Part shown: positions 9,313 through 19,630 of the stretch, piece after piece
Layout: every line of letters begins with the position of its first letter
How positions within the stretch are numbered: the first letter of the stretch is position 1
Assembly (NCBI GenBank): GCA_965263275.1
Contig: OZ253668.1
Span: forward strand, 705,220-769,219
Direction of reading: 5' to 3'
From: Thermodesulfobacteriota bacterium
GTDB taxonomy: Bacteria; Desulfobacterota_D; UBA1144; Nemesobacterales; Nemesobacteraceae
DNA: 64,000 nt
Made by a program: the position numbers and the translations under genes
Notes under the pieces: generated by a model
Databases searched by the model: none
The model's input: the letters and a program-made list of their open reading frames with translations, nothing else
What the model was told of the DNA's origin: nothing

Positions 9313-11017
9313 CCTGCATTTCTCACAAAGGGGTGTAAGAAGTAAATTTTTTGGGGTTGGATCTGGATTTTGGCTGAACTGACAGGGAGCGAGTTTCTTT
9401 TTCGGGTAGGCGGCAGCGATTTACAGGTTGTTTCCGTATGTTCTTACCTTGCGAAGCGATATCAGACGCAGATGTCCCCCTGCGGTCTCAGGCAAGCATA
9501 TCCGCAATCCCTTGTTCCCTATTGATTCAACGGAATCGCCCGCAGCCTGCTCAGCACATGCTTGAACAAGTCCGCGTACGGATAGAACTCCGAGAACGAC
9601 AGCACAATTCTCCTGGCGCTCATTGTTATCAGCGTACCAATCTTAAGCAGCTTCAGGCGTATGGTATCGCACTGCGCCATCGCGTAGCGGGTTCCCTTAA
9701 GCCCGCTGTGTCTCAAACGCTCAAGCAGCACGTAGGCAAAGGCGGAGAAGTACATCCTCAACTGGTTTGACCTCATGTAGTGAGTTGAGGTGCGGTCCGA
9801 GAACAACTCAAGCTGCTGAGACTTGATACGGTTCTCCATCTCCCCCCGAGCGCAGTAAACCTTCTCGTAAAGAGTCTTGGCGTCATATTCTTCGTGTTTG
9901 ACAGACGTTACTATGAACCGGGTGTTGGCCCCTTTCTCAAGATGCTCAGCCTTGCATACCACCCTGCGGCTTCGAGACCAGCTTTTCATGGTACTGTACA
10001 TAAAGCTTACAAACCGCCTCGATGGTCTCTTGGTTTCCACATACTCTATGTGAGCTCCGCGAACCTGCTTCTTAACCCTTTTCATCAACCGGGAGTTTCT
10101 TGCCATGCCCAACACGTAATCAACCCCGTTTTGCTCACACCACCTCATAAGCTCGTCCCGGCAGAAACCCGTGTCCCCTCGTATGATAATCCCAGTGTCT
10201 TTCCACTTCCCTCGAATCCCGGAGATAATCCTCTTCAGTTCTTCCTCTGCTCCCGCCGCAGAATCCTGGTTGGCTTCGCGGAGCCGGCACCCAAGCAGAT
10301 GGCGCCCGCAGAATATGTAAGAGGGGGTGTAGCAGTACCCCCCGTAATAACCGTGATAAAACCTGCCCTCCTGATTTCCGTGCAGGGGATCGTCCGTGAT
10401 GTCTATATCGATCACTATCTTCTTCGGCCTTTTTTTGTGGAACCTGATGAACATATCCACAAGCAGTTTGTCAATCGCCCCAAAGTCAGCCTCTATCTTC
10501 TTGTAGCGATCCGTCCCCCCGGTGGTAAGCTCCATGCGGTTTACCGTGCTCTTGCCCGCAAGGGGAGCAGAGGTACCGCAGAACATGGATGCTATGGGAT
10601 CCCCTCGGAACCTGTCATGGTCGTTCACGTCTTCGTAACCCAAGCAGATTGCCAGCACCCGCTGGGCCACTATGGAGAATACGGGGTGGGTGATGTAACT
10701 GGGGTTTCGATGATCAATGAAGCACTCGGCGAACCTCCTGATAACTCCAAAACGGTGTTCGGCTTCGCGAAGCAGGGCAATGCCGCCGTCGGAACTTACT
10801 TTGTCAGAGTCGAATTTAGCAATTACTTTGCGGGTTCTTTTAGAACCGGGGCTGTTTGTGGATGTTTCGAGAGTTTTGAAGGGTAGAAATTCGATTTGTT
10901 CCGTGTTACACTGTGTACTCATGAGGCCGTTGTTCTCCTGTGTTTTAAGTTACTGTAATAACTGTATTATAACACATACAACGGCCTCTTTCTATACCTC
11001 CTTGTGAGAAATCCGGG
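9313..11017 (-). mobile_element. IS1380-family insertion sequence, 1705 bp
   Basis: Imperfect terminal IRs CCTGCATTTCTCACAAAGGGG (9313) and CCCGGATTTCTCACAAGGAGG (reverse complement, ending 11017); TTAA on both flanks (9309-9312, 11018-11021). Confidence 0.9.
9519..10922 (-). CDS. IS1380-family DDE transposase
   Basis: SSDGG, GYEDVNDHD, DDPLHGNQEG, IRGDTGF and YCARGEMENRIK motifs. Confidence 0.95.
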   Translation of the reverse strand: MSTQCNTEQIEFLPFKTLETSTNSPGSKRTRKVIAKFDSDKVSSDGGIALLREAEHRFGVIRRFAECFIDHRNPSYITHPVFSIVAQRVLAICLGYEDVNDHDRFRGDPIASMFCGTSAPLAGKSTVNRMELTTGGTDRYKKIEADFGAIDKLLVDMFIRFHKKRPKKIVIDIDITDDPLHGNQEGRFYHGYYGGYCYTPSYIFCGRHLLGCRLREANQDSAAGAEEELKRIISGIRGKWKDTGIIIRGDTGFCRDELMRWCEQNGVDYVLGMARNSRLMKRVKKQVRGAHIEYVETKRPSRRFVSFMYSTMKSWSRSRRVVCKAEHLEKGANTRFIVTSVKHEEYDAKTLYEKVYCARGEMENRIKSQQLELFSDRTSTHYMRSNQLRMYFSAFAYVLLERLRHSGLKGTRYAMAQCDTIRLKLLKIGTLITMSARRIVLSFSEFYPYADLFKHVLSRLRAIPLNQ

Positions 11018-11140
11018 TTAAGTTACTTTTGGTAAACGATTCTGCTCAAATTGCTAAAACGTCAGACCAGATATGAACTCCTTAACATCTTGTGCCACAA
11101 GCAGCAGGTCAAGCAAAGAGGTAGTATTACTCTGTCGCAT
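11018..11140 (-). pseudogene. HEPN/DUF86 toxin 5' fragment
   Basis: Manual translation MRQSNTTSLLDLLLVAQDVKEFISGLTF*QFEQNRL resembles a DUF86 N-terminus. It has an internal stop, is truncated near the IS, and overlaps the MNT stop. Confidence 0.65.
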
Positions 11141-11445
11141 AAAACACCTTGGCAGATTTTAGAACTGCATCGCGACGTATGTAGTTCCTGCTACTTTCGA
11201 CGTCAGAGCGAAAGACCAGATCCACTTCCCTTCCCGAAATGTCAACGAACTCTTCTTCTCATATCCAGTGTTTCGGTAATACCACGATAACCGACACCGT
11301 AACGGAGGTTCACAAGTACATTTATATCGCTGTCAGGACCGAAGTCATCTCGGAGAACAGACCCAAAAAACGCGAGCTCGACAATATTCCAGCACTTACA
11401 AAAAGCGACCACTTCCTCTTTCGGTACCGTCATTCGTAAACCCAT
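11127..11445 (-). pseudogene. MNT minimal nucleotidyltransferase antitoxin, frameshifted
   Basis: FFGSVLRDDFGPDSDINVLV motif; after a frameshift near 11255 it continues EEFVDISGREVDLV...RNYIRRDAVLKSAKVFYATE*. Confidence 0.8.
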
Positions 11446-11491
11446 TATTTCACCTCAAACGCCTCAGTCTTCTAACTATCCCATAATCAAC

Positions 11492-12265
11492 TCAGAAAAT
11501 CCCGCCTATAGACCTAACAAGACCCGCCTGAAGATGCGGTTTCGCATCCTCAAAATCCAAGTTCGCCTTGTTGGCAACGCTTACAACTCTGGTCCTGTAT
11601 ATTTTCCATTTAACATCATCAGCATGTGAAGTCTGCCTAGTCTGCGTCGCGGTGCCCTGCCGTGCATCAGTATCCTCTGTCTGGTAAACAAGTTCTCCTT
11701 CCTTGGCGCGTTCTCTGATCTGGATATCGGTCACCATCGTGAAAAGATCATCCGTTACGAGGGCGTCAAAAATAAATCCTGCTACTCCCCCGGCGATTCC
11801 CCCAATCACAGTGCCCTTGTTTATCTCATCAACATCTCCGCCTATGGCACCGCCTATTACTCCTCCGATAACCGCGCCTTCAACTACGCCTTGGTATCCC
11901 TCTCCAAACATTGCATTTGTTTCCTCAAGATTGGTTTTCCCGACCTTGAGAATGTTAGCCTGAAGAATGAAAGTCGCCTCGGCCGGGTCTTCTGTAACCT
12001 TAAAACCGCTAGAGACTATCCTGCCTTTGATTCCGTACTCAATTCCAGGCAGTTCCTTGTCGGTCGTATTTTTTACGTCGACGTATACGACTCTCTTTTC
12101 AGGCGACACCGGTTCAAGAAAAATCGTCTCCGACATCTTGGTCTCAACGGTAAGCTTCCTTTTCTCGATAAGGGTTCTGGTTGCCGCGCAACCGTTTACA
12201 AGAAAAACAAAACAGATAGCTATAGCAAAAAAGAGGTTTTCTTTACAAACAAGCTCTTTTCTCAT
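11492..12265 (-). CDS. traT: TraT-family complement-resistance/surface-exclusion lipoprotein
   Basis: Lipobox VNGC, TKMSETIFLEPV, KNTTDK, glycine-zipper segment and YRTRVVSVANKANL. Confidence 0.85.
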   Translation of the reverse strand: MRKELVCKENLFFAIAICFVFLVNGCAATRTLIEKRKLTVETKMSETIFLEPVSPEKRVVYVDVKNTTDKELPGIEYGIKGRIVSSGFKVTEDPAEATFILQANILKVGKTNLEETNAMFGEGYQGVVEGAVIGGVIGGAIGGDVDEINKGTVIGGIAGGVAGFIFDALVTDDLFTMVTDIQIRERAKEGELVYQTEDTDARQGTATQTRQTSHADDVKWKIYRTRVVSVANKANLDFEDAKPHLQAGLVRSIGGIF

Positions 12266-12521
12266 TAGTTCGGAACTCCTTTAATCTTAGTGTCGGAGGA
12301 AAAATTTCCGCCTTCCGAATTAGAATGGTATGTAAAAAAGAGGAAAAAACAAATGGAAAAGAAGAGTATGAAGGACACGCGCCACCCAGGCTTTTTCTCT
12401 CAGAAATACAAAACAAAGAATCACGCCTTAACCTTCTTTTGAAATGGCGTGAAAACCTTGCCAATGCAAATCAATCTAGTATGATTAGCCAATTCTTGAC
12501 TGCCGGGAGAACCGCGTTTTA

Positions 12522-14318
12522 ATGCTTGAACTTATGGGAGAGTGGAAAAGATCGAATTTCTGCGGAGAGCTTGGAAAAAAACACGTTGATCGCTCTGTTA
12601 CGCTAATGGGCTGGGTGCAGTCCCGAAGAGATCACGGCGGGGTAATTTTTGTGGATCTGCGCGACAAGGACGGACTCTGTCAGATCGTTTTTAACCCGGA
12701 GCGTGACCCAAAAATCCACCGGATCGCCGAGCAGCTCCGCGACGAATGGGTAATCGCGATAAAGGGTAAGGTAACGCCGAGAACGGAGGAAACCATAAAC
12801 CCGAACCTTAAAACCGGTGAGATCGAAATTATCGCCGAGCAAGTAAAGATTCTTAACACTTCAAAGGTAATACCGTTTCTCATAGAAAACGAGGTGAACG
12901 CCGATGAGCTTCTGAGGCTTAAGTACCGTTATCTCGACCTGCGAAGACCGCCAATGCGGGATAACATAATCTTGCGCCACAAAGTCGCAGCATCAGTGCG
13001 AAACTACCTTAATGAAAACGGGTTCCTTGAGATCGAAACCCCTTATTTCACGAAATCAACTCCGGAGGGCGCAAGGGACTTTTTAGTTCCGAGCCGGCTT
13101 AACGAAGGACAGTTCTACGCGCTTCCCCAGTCACCCCAGATATTGAAACAGACCCTGATGATCTCGGGTTTTGACAGATACTACCAAATAGTAAAATGCT
13201 TTCGGGACGAGGATCTAAGAGCGGATCGCCAGCCCGAATTCACCCAGATAGACATGGAAATGTCCTTTGTCTCAGAAGATGACGTGATTTCCATTGTTGA
13301 AGACATGATAAAAACGGTCCTTCGGGAGACGAAAGGAATTGACGTTCCCACTCCTTTTTTGAGAATGCCTTATGAAGAAGCCATGGAGAGATACGGAACT
13401 GATTGCCCTGATACAAGGTTCGGTCTTGAACTAAAAGACATCTCCTCCATATTCGAGAACTCGCAGTTCAAGGTATTTCGCGGAGCCTTGGAAAAAGGCG
13501 GAGCGATAAAGGCGCTTAACCTCAAGGGAGGAGCCGGAAAACTCACCAGAAAGGAAATAGACGATCTTACCGAATACGCAGTCTCTCTTGGGGCAAAAGG
13601 GCTTGCATGGATAAGAGTCGGCGAGGATGGATGGAACTCTCCCATAGTGAAGTTTCTAAGCGAAGAGGAACGCGGACTTTTAGCCTCCGCTCTCTTGATG
13701 GAAAAAGGAGACATAGTGTTTTTCGGTGCGGACTCCGTTGAGATGGTAAACCAGGTGATGTCAAACGTAAGGCTAAGCCTCGGTAAAACTCTTTCGCTTG
13801 TTGACGAAGAAAAACTTGAATTTCTCTGGGTAGTCGATTTTCCGCTTTTCAAGTACAGCCCCAAGGAAAAAAGACACGTCGCCGTTCACCACCCTTTTAC
13901 CGCCCCCAAGGACGAAGATGTCGAAAAAATCGAGAGTTCCCCGGGGAGCGCCGCTTCAAAATCCTACGATATAGTCTTAAACGGAGTTGAGATAGGCGGG
14001 GGAAGCATAAGAATTCACAGAAAAGACATACAGCAGAAAGTGTTTGACGCAATAGGAATCGGAGAGGATGAAGCACAGGAGAAATTCGGTTTTCTCCTCG
14101 AGGCCCTTGAATTCGGAGCTCCTCCCCACGGAGGCATAGCGCTCGGTCTTGACAGGCTTTTGATGATTCTCTCCCGAGGAGACTCGATAAGAGACGTAAT
14201 AGCTTTTCCCAAAACGCAGAAGGGCTCATGCCCGCTTACAGAAGCGCCGTCTGAAGTCTCTCCCGAGCAGCTTCTTGAAGCGGGAATAAGCATTATTGCC
14301 AGAAGATCAGAAAACTGA
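12522..14318 (+). CDS. aspS: Aspartate-tRNA ligase
   Basis: RRDHGGVIFVDLRD, STPEGARDFLVPSR, CFRDEDLRADRQPEFTQ and GAPPHGG motifs. Confidence 0.98.
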   Translation: MLELMGEWKRSNFCGELGKKHVDRSVTLMGWVQSRRDHGGVIFVDLRDKDGLCQIVFNPERDPKIHRIAEQLRDEWVIAIKGKVTPRTEETINPNLKTGEIEIIAEQVKILNTSKVIPFLIENEVNADELLRLKYRYLDLRRPPMRDNIILRHKVAASVRNYLNENGFLEIETPYFTKSTPEGARDFLVPSRLNEGQFYALPQSPQILKQTLMISGFDRYYQIVKCFRDEDLRADRQPEFTQIDMEMSFVSEDDVISIVEDMIKTVLRETKGIDVPTPFLRMPYEEAMERYGTDCPDTRFGLELKDISSIFENSQFKVFRGALEKGGAIKALNLKGGAGKLTRKEIDDLTEYAVSLGAKGLAWIRVGEDGWNSPIVKFLSEEERGLLASALLMEKGDIVFFGADSVEMVNQVMSNVRLSLGKTLSLVDEEKLEFLWVVDFPLFKYSPKEKRHVAVHHPFTAPKDEDVEKIESSPGSAASKSYDIVLNGVEIGGGSIRIHRKDIQQKVFDAIGIGEDEAQEKFGFLLEALEFGAPPHGGIALGLDRLLMILSRGDSIRDVIAFPKTQKGSCPLTEAPSEVSPEQLLEAGISIIARRSEN

Positions 14319-14427
14319 CTTTCCTGCTGTTTGTCCGTAAAGCCTGGAAATTCCAGAATACCCAACACGCCATTTATCAATTATTACTGACTTTTTCCAC
14401 CCGGATGCTCCGCTTCCGAAACATAAG

Positions 14428-14664
14428 TTACTTAAGATCGTCTATGCCTGCGCCGAAATTTATATGAAACGCGCTGTCGCCTATGACAAGCGCGGGGACG
14501 GATTTTACGCCGCTTGATTCCGCCTCCGAAATCCTGCTTTTGTCTTCTCCAAGATGCACGATTTCAAGCTCATACCTCTCTTTATCAAGAGAATCTGCAA
14601 GACCTTGTTCGGCATCCACGCAAACGGGGCACCCGGCATGATAAAAAACTGCTTTGGTTTTCAT
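14428..14664 (-). CDS. Small thioredoxin/glutaredoxin-like protein
   Basis: FYHAGCPVC CxxC and GVKSVPALV cis-Pro loop. Confidence 0.85.
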   Translation of the reverse strand: MKTKAVFYHAGCPVCVDAEQGLADSLDKERYELEIVHLGEDKSRISEAESSGVKSVPALVIGDSAFHINFGAGIDDLK

Positions 14665-14755
14665 AGTTTTAAACCTCCCTATTTAGTTTCGACTCAATAC
14701 TATCAAGAGAAACTACCGTTTGTCAAGCAAGTATCGATGCGATATTATAATTTTC

Positions 14756-15319
14756 ATGAGCCTTACGAATCTGCTGAACCTGATAGAAAGAATCGGCAAC
14801 CTGCTTCGTTCAGAACAAAGAAAGCTCCTCAAGCCCCTTGAGCTTCTGCCAATTCATCTGGCCATTCTTAATTATCTGTCGATATGCAATAAATACAGCA
14901 ATAACGCGGCTGCTTTGACCAAATATCTCGGTAATACCAAGGGTACCACTTCCCAGAGTGTAAACGTGCTTAAGGAAAAGGGTTACGTGCTCAAAAAAAA
15001 GGCGGAGAACGATAAAAGAGTAGTGAATCTTCACCTTACGGAAAAAACTTTCACCCTGCTTGAAAGACTGTCGTCTAAAAGTTCCCAAAAGATTCTTGAC
15101 GAGGAAACCATAGGAATTGCTGAAGACGCTTTGAGAACCATTCTCAGATCAATTCAGATTTCAAACAAAAACCGGATATTCGGAGTATGCAGGACCTGTA
15201 ATTTTTTCATTGACGAGGGTAGCGGATCATTAAGATGCGGTTTAACTCTGGAAAAACTTCTTGAATACGAAACCGAACAGATCTGCCAGGAGCATGAACC
15301 TGCGTCGCGCGCCATCTAA
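14756..15319 (+). CDS. MarR-family regulator with Cys-rich C-terminus
   Basis: Winged HTH (TKGTTSQSV...DKRVV); CRTC...C...CQEH tail; divergent from the thioredoxin-like gene. Confidence 0.85.
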   Translation: MSLTNLLNLIERIGNLLRSEQRKLLKPLELLPIHLAILNYLSICNKYSNNAAALTKYLGNTKGTTSQSVNVLKEKGYVLKKKAENDKRVVNLHLTEKTFTLLERLSSKSSQKILDEETIGIAEDALRTILRSIQISNKNRIFGVCRTCNFFIDEGSGSLRCGLTLEKLLEYETEQICQEHEPASRAI

Positions 15320-15425
15320 AATCGTTCGCACGTTATTTTGACGGGATACCCAGAATCCCTGTTTGCTTTATGTTTTTTTGTGCTATGATTCTATCCGTTT
15401 ACGTTTCAGAGCAGGCGGAAGGTGC

Positions 15426-18284
15426 ATGGACATCTGGAAAAATTTTCACGGACTCAATTCCGGTTACGTAATGGATCTCTACGAACGTTACGTAAGAGAC
15501 TCCTCTTCAGTTGACCCCGCCACGAAAACCCTTTTTGATGGGTGGAAACCCGATAACAAATACTCGTCCCTCAGGGTTGAAATAGAGCCTGAGATCGAGA
15601 AAAACGGTTTTAAGCAGTCATCCGTAAAGGACGTGAGCAAGGCCGTCGCCATCGCGAACATGGCCCAGGCAATCAGAAGACACGGCCATCTGGAAAGCAA
15701 GATAGACCCTCTTGGAGGTCCCCTCCACGGAGAACTCACCCTGCACGCCGAAACGTTCGGGCTTGACGAGGAAGAGCTAAGAGACTTTCCCTCAACGCTC
15801 ATAGGATGGCCCCTTTCCGAGAACTCCCTTGACGCACTTGACGGAATAAAAAAACTGAGAAAGCTCTACTCGTCCACGACGGGATATAATTACGATCATA
15901 TCTACGAAGCCGAAGAGAGAAGGTGGATGAGGGGTGCCATAGAATCGGGCGTCTACCGCCCTCCCTTAAACCCCGTGAACGAAATAGAGCTTCTGGATAA
16001 CCTGACCAGAGTAGAAATATTCGAAAACTTTCTCCACAGAATTTTCCCCGGGAAATTCAGGTTTTCAATAGAAGGCGTCGACATGCTGGTGCCGATGCTA
16101 AATGAACTTATACATCTCGCCATCAAAGCCGACATACACCAGATAATTCTCGGAATGGCCCATCGCGGAAGGCTGAACGTCATGCACCACGTAATGGAAA
16201 AAACCTACAAATACACGCTGCTTAAGTTCAAGGACCCGGTTCTGGTAAGGGATTTTGCCGATGACATGGGATGGACGGGAGACGTAAAGTACCACGAGGC
16301 CGTAAGACGCGATATTCCTAAGGGAGAAATGCTTGACCGCAGCATGAGGATAACGCTGGTACCCAACCCCAGTCATCTGGAATCGGTAAATCCGGTAGTG
16401 CAGGGGATGTCAAGAGCATGCGGAACAAGCGATGACGCTCCGGGTTCCCCGCAATTTGACCCTTCCGCGGTAATTCCCGTGCAGATACATGGAGATTCAG
16501 CGTTCATGGGACAGGGAATAAACGCGGAAACGCTTAATCTCTCCGCCCTTCCGGGTTATCACGCCGGTGGAACTATACACATAATCACCAACAACCAGCT
16601 CGGCTATACCACGCTTCCAAGCGACAGCAGGAGCACCCTTTACGCAAGCGATCTTGCCAAGGGGTTTGAAATACCGATTGTCCACGTAAACGCGGATGAC
16701 CCGGTTGCCTGCATAGAGTCAATACGCCTGGCCTTCGGCTACACATCCAAATTCGAAAAACATTTCCTGATAGACCTCGTCGGTTACAGAAGGTACGGGC
16801 ACAACGAGGCTGACGAACCGGGATTTACCCAGCCCATGATATACAAAAACATAGATAATCATCCCACAGTAATGAACATCTGGGTGAAAAAACTGGTAGA
16901 GAAGGGCGCCGTCACTGAAAAACAGGTAGAGGAACTGCAGGAAAAACACATGGAGAAGATTTCAAAGGAATTCGAATCAATCTCTCCTGACGATTCCCCC
17001 GAGGAATCAACGGCACCCTCCCCGGAACGAGGGATAGCGAAAAGAACGGTTACCAAGGTTCCGGACGAAAACCTGCGCGAACTCAATGATTCCCTCCTTT
17101 CGGTTCCAGAAGGATTCACTGTAAATTCAAAGATCGCCAGGATACGTGACAGAAGAAAAAATATTCTTGATGACCCAAAGGAAAAGACAATCGACTGGGC
17201 CATGGCGGAAGAACTTGCCTACGCATCCATAGTCGCGCAGGGCATTCCCATCAGGATAACCGGGCAGGACTGCGAGAGGGGAACTTTCAGCCACCGCCAC
17301 GCGGTACTTCATGATTCGGAAAACGGCGCAATTCACGCTCCCCTGCAGAAAATCCCCCAGGCAAAAGCCGCGTTTGAGATAAAAAACAGCCCGCTAAGCG
17401 AAAACGCCTGTCTGGGTTTTGAGTACGGATACTGCATCGAGAGAAAGAACTGCCTTGTAATATGGGAAGCTCAGTACGGAGACTTCATAAACGGAGCGCA
17501 GGCGATAGTGGATGAATATCTCGTATCGGCAAGGGCCAAATGGGGTCAGACCCCATCCCTGGTTCTCCTGCTCCCCCACGCCTATGAGGGACAGGGACCG
17601 GACCACTCAAGCGGAAGGCTTGAAAGGTTTCTTATGTCAGCTGCGGAATACAATATAAGGATAGTGAACTGCACTACATCCGCGCAGTTTTTCCATGTGC
17701 TTCGCCGCCAAGCCCTGCTGCTTGAAAAAGACCCCCTTCCTCTGATCATCATGACGCCCAAGGGACTTCTGCGAAACCCGAGGATGAACTCGTCTCTTAA
17801 AGATCTCTCCGAAGGGAAATGGCTCCCGGTAATCGACGACCCAATGAGCACGAGACAGGCGAAAAAAGTCAGAAGACTCATATTCTGCAGCGGCAAGATA
17901 TACGTTGACCTGATCTCAAGCGGACTCAGGGCAAAATCACCCGACGTGGCGATAGCAAGAATCGAGCAGCTTTACCCGAGACCCAAAGAAGAGGTAAGCG
18001 CCATTCTGGAGAGGTATGTTAAACTTGAAGAGGTAGTCTGGGTGCAGGAAGAAACCCAGAATGCGGGGGCCTGGAAATACATGCTGCCTTTTTTCAGAAG
18101 AAAGATTATCAAAAAGCGCCTTCCCCTAAGCTATATAGGGAGAAAACGTTACTCAAGCCCCTCCGAAGGACTTTCCTCCATGCACAAATACAACCAGGAT
18201 CTGCTTATAAGACAGGCCTTCAGTATAGACGAAGTAGTGGAAGGAAATGAGCAAAGCGGCATAACCTGGCACAGAGATATCTAA
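15426..18284 (+). CDS. sucA: 2-oxoglutarate dehydrogenase E1
   Basis: [27 protein letters not shown] and EGQGPDHSS motifs. Confidence 0.97.
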   Translation: MDIWKNFHGLNSGYVMDLYERYVRDSSSVDPATKTLFDGWKPDNKYSSLRVEIEPEIEKNGFKQSSVKDVSKAVAIANMAQAIRRHGHLESKIDPLGGPLHGELTLHAETFGLDEEELRDFPSTLIGWPLSENSLDALDGIKKLRKLYSSTTGYNYDHIYEAEERRWMRGAIESGVYRPPLNPVNEIELLDNLTRVEIFENFLHRIFPGKFRFSIEGVDMLVPMLNELIHLAIKADIHQIILGMAHRGRLNVMHHVMEKTYKYTLLKFKDPVLVRDFADDMGWTGDVKYHEAVRRDIPKGEMLDRSMRITLVPNPSHLESVNPVVQGMSRACGTSDDAPGSPQFDPSAVIPVQIHGDSAFMGQGINAETLNLSALPGYHAGGTIHIITNNQLGYTTLPSDSRSTLYASDLAKGFEIPIVHVNADDPVACIESIRLAFGYTSKFEKHFLIDLVGYRRYGHNEADEPGFTQPMIYKNIDNHPTVMNIWVKKLVEKGAVTEKQVEELQEKHMEKISKEFESISPDDSPEESTAPSPERGIAKRTVTKVPDENLRELNDSLLSVPEGFTVNSKIARIRDRRKNILDDPKEKTIDWAMAEELAYASIVAQGIPIRITGQDCERGTFSHRHAVLHDSENGAIHAPLQKIPQAKAAFEIKNSPLSENACLGFEYGYCIERKNCLVIWEAQYGDFINGAQAIVDEYLVSARAKWGQTPSLVLLLPHAYEGQGPDHSSGRLERFLMSAAEYNIRIVNCTTSAQFFHVLRRQALLLEKDPLPLIIMTPKGLLRNPRMNSSLKDLSEGKWLPVIDDPMSTRQAKKVRRLIFCSGKIYVDLISSGLRAKSPDVAIARIEQLYPRPKEEVSAILERYVKLEEVVWVQEETQNAGAWKYMLPFFRRKIIKKRLPLSYIGRKRYSSPSEGLSSMHKYNQDLLIRQAFSIDEVVEGNEQSGITWHRDI

Positions 18285-18309
18285 AAACAAACACAAAAGC
18301 GAGGAAAAA

Positions 18310-19572
18310 ATGGCCAAGAATATCGTCGTTCCACATCTGGGGGATTCAGTAATAGAAGCGACAATAATAAAGTGGACCAAGCAGCAGGGAGATAACGTAA
18401 GACTCGGGGAAACCGTAGTTGAGCTTGAAACTGAGAAGGCGAATTTTGAAGTCGCTGCCGAGGCAACAGGGATCTTGACTTCAATAGCAAAGAAAGCCGA
18501 TGAGGACGTCGAGGTAGGAGACATACTGGGAACCATCGAGGTATCAGAACGCAAAGAGGCCACAGAAAAAGCCGCTAAGAGAACTGAGGCCGTGCCACAA
18601 CCGAAAAGCGAAGAAGCTCCGCGGGAAAAGCAGCAGGAAGAAGAACCCCAGGTCCGCGTGACTCCCGTGGCGAGAAATATCGCTGAACAAAACGAAGTTG
18701 ACCTTTCCCAGGTCGTACCCGCGGGAAACAGGATCACGAAAGATGACGTGGAAAAACACCTTGAATCCGAGAGAACCAGAGAAGAAATCCCACAAGGGGG
18801 TCCCTCGGAGGAACAAATTCTCGAAACTCCGGTATCACCCGAGCTTTTCCCGTCCCTATCCCAACTTACCGCGAACAAGGAAAGAAGGATAAAAATGTCG
18901 AGACGTCGCAGGACTATCGCAAGACGTCTTGTGGAAGCTCAACAGACAGCCGCCATACTCTCCACTTTTAACGAAATCGACATGTCAAACGTAATGGAGA
19001 TTCGTTCGAGAAAAAAAGACGCTTTCCGGGAAAAATATGGAGTAGGCCTCGGTTTTTCTTCCTTTTTCATAAAAGCCGCTATCGGAGCACTCAAGCTGTT
19101 TCCTGAGATAAACGCGGAGATCCAGGGCGATGAAATAATCTACAAAGACTACTACGACATCGGAATAGCAGTTGGAGCCGAGGGAGGACTTGTCGTTCCC
19201 GTAATAAGAGAAACCGACAGAAAGACCTTCGCGCAGATAGAAAAAGAGGTTAAAGAACTCGCCGCAAAGGCAAACGCGAACACCCTCTCGCTTGATGAGA
19301 TCTTCGGCGGGACTTTCACCATAACAAACGGCGGAGTGTACGGTTCCCTTATGAGCACCCCTATACTGAATCCGCCGCAGGCCGCCATATTAGGACTTCA
19401 CAAAATAGAGGAGAGGCCCGTGGCGCTGAACGGAGACATAGTTATAAGGCCGATGATGTACACGGCTCTTAGCTACGACCACAGGATAGTCGATGGAAAG
19501 GAAGCAGTGCAGTTTCTCGTAAGAATAAAGGAACTTATCGAAGATCCTGAAACTCTCCTTATCGAAGGTTAA
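18310..19572 (+). CDS. sucB: Dihydrolipoamide succinyltransferase E2
   Basis: Lipoyl domain ETEKA, E3-binding domain and YDHRIVDG. Confidence 0.96.
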   Translation: MAKNIVVPHLGDSVIEATIIKWTKQQGDNVRLGETVVELETEKANFEVAAEATGILTSIAKKADEDVEVGDILGTIEVSERKEATEKAAKRTEAVPQPKSEEAPREKQQEEEPQVRVTPVARNIAEQNEVDLSQVVPAGNRITKDDVEKHLESERTREEIPQGGPSEEQILETPVSPELFPSLSQLTANKERRIKMSRRRRTIARRLVEAQQTAAILSTFNEIDMSNVMEIRSRKKDAFREKYGVGLGFSSFFIKAAIGALKLFPEINAEIQGDEIIYKDYYDIGIAVGAEGGLVVPVIRETDRKTFAQIEKEVKELAAKANANTLSLDEIFGGTFTITNGGVYGSLMSTPILNPPQAAILGLHKIEERPVALNGDIVIRPMMYTALSYDHRIVDGKEAVQFLVRIKELIEDPETLLIEG

Positions 19573-19630
19573 GCCCTAGGCTTTGCGCCAAGAAAAAATA
19601 AGGCAAGAAGAGCGATACCCGCTCGGCATC

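Noticed and set aside
9894-10886. 330-aa + strand ORF
   Set aside because: Antisense shadow of the transposase; no motifs.
943-11017. CRISPR-associated transposon (I-F3 CAST)
   Set aside because: cas1 and cas2-3 are present, cas8f and cas5f are unfused, there is no tnsABC/tniQ, and the adjacent transposase is IS1380-type with its own IRs.
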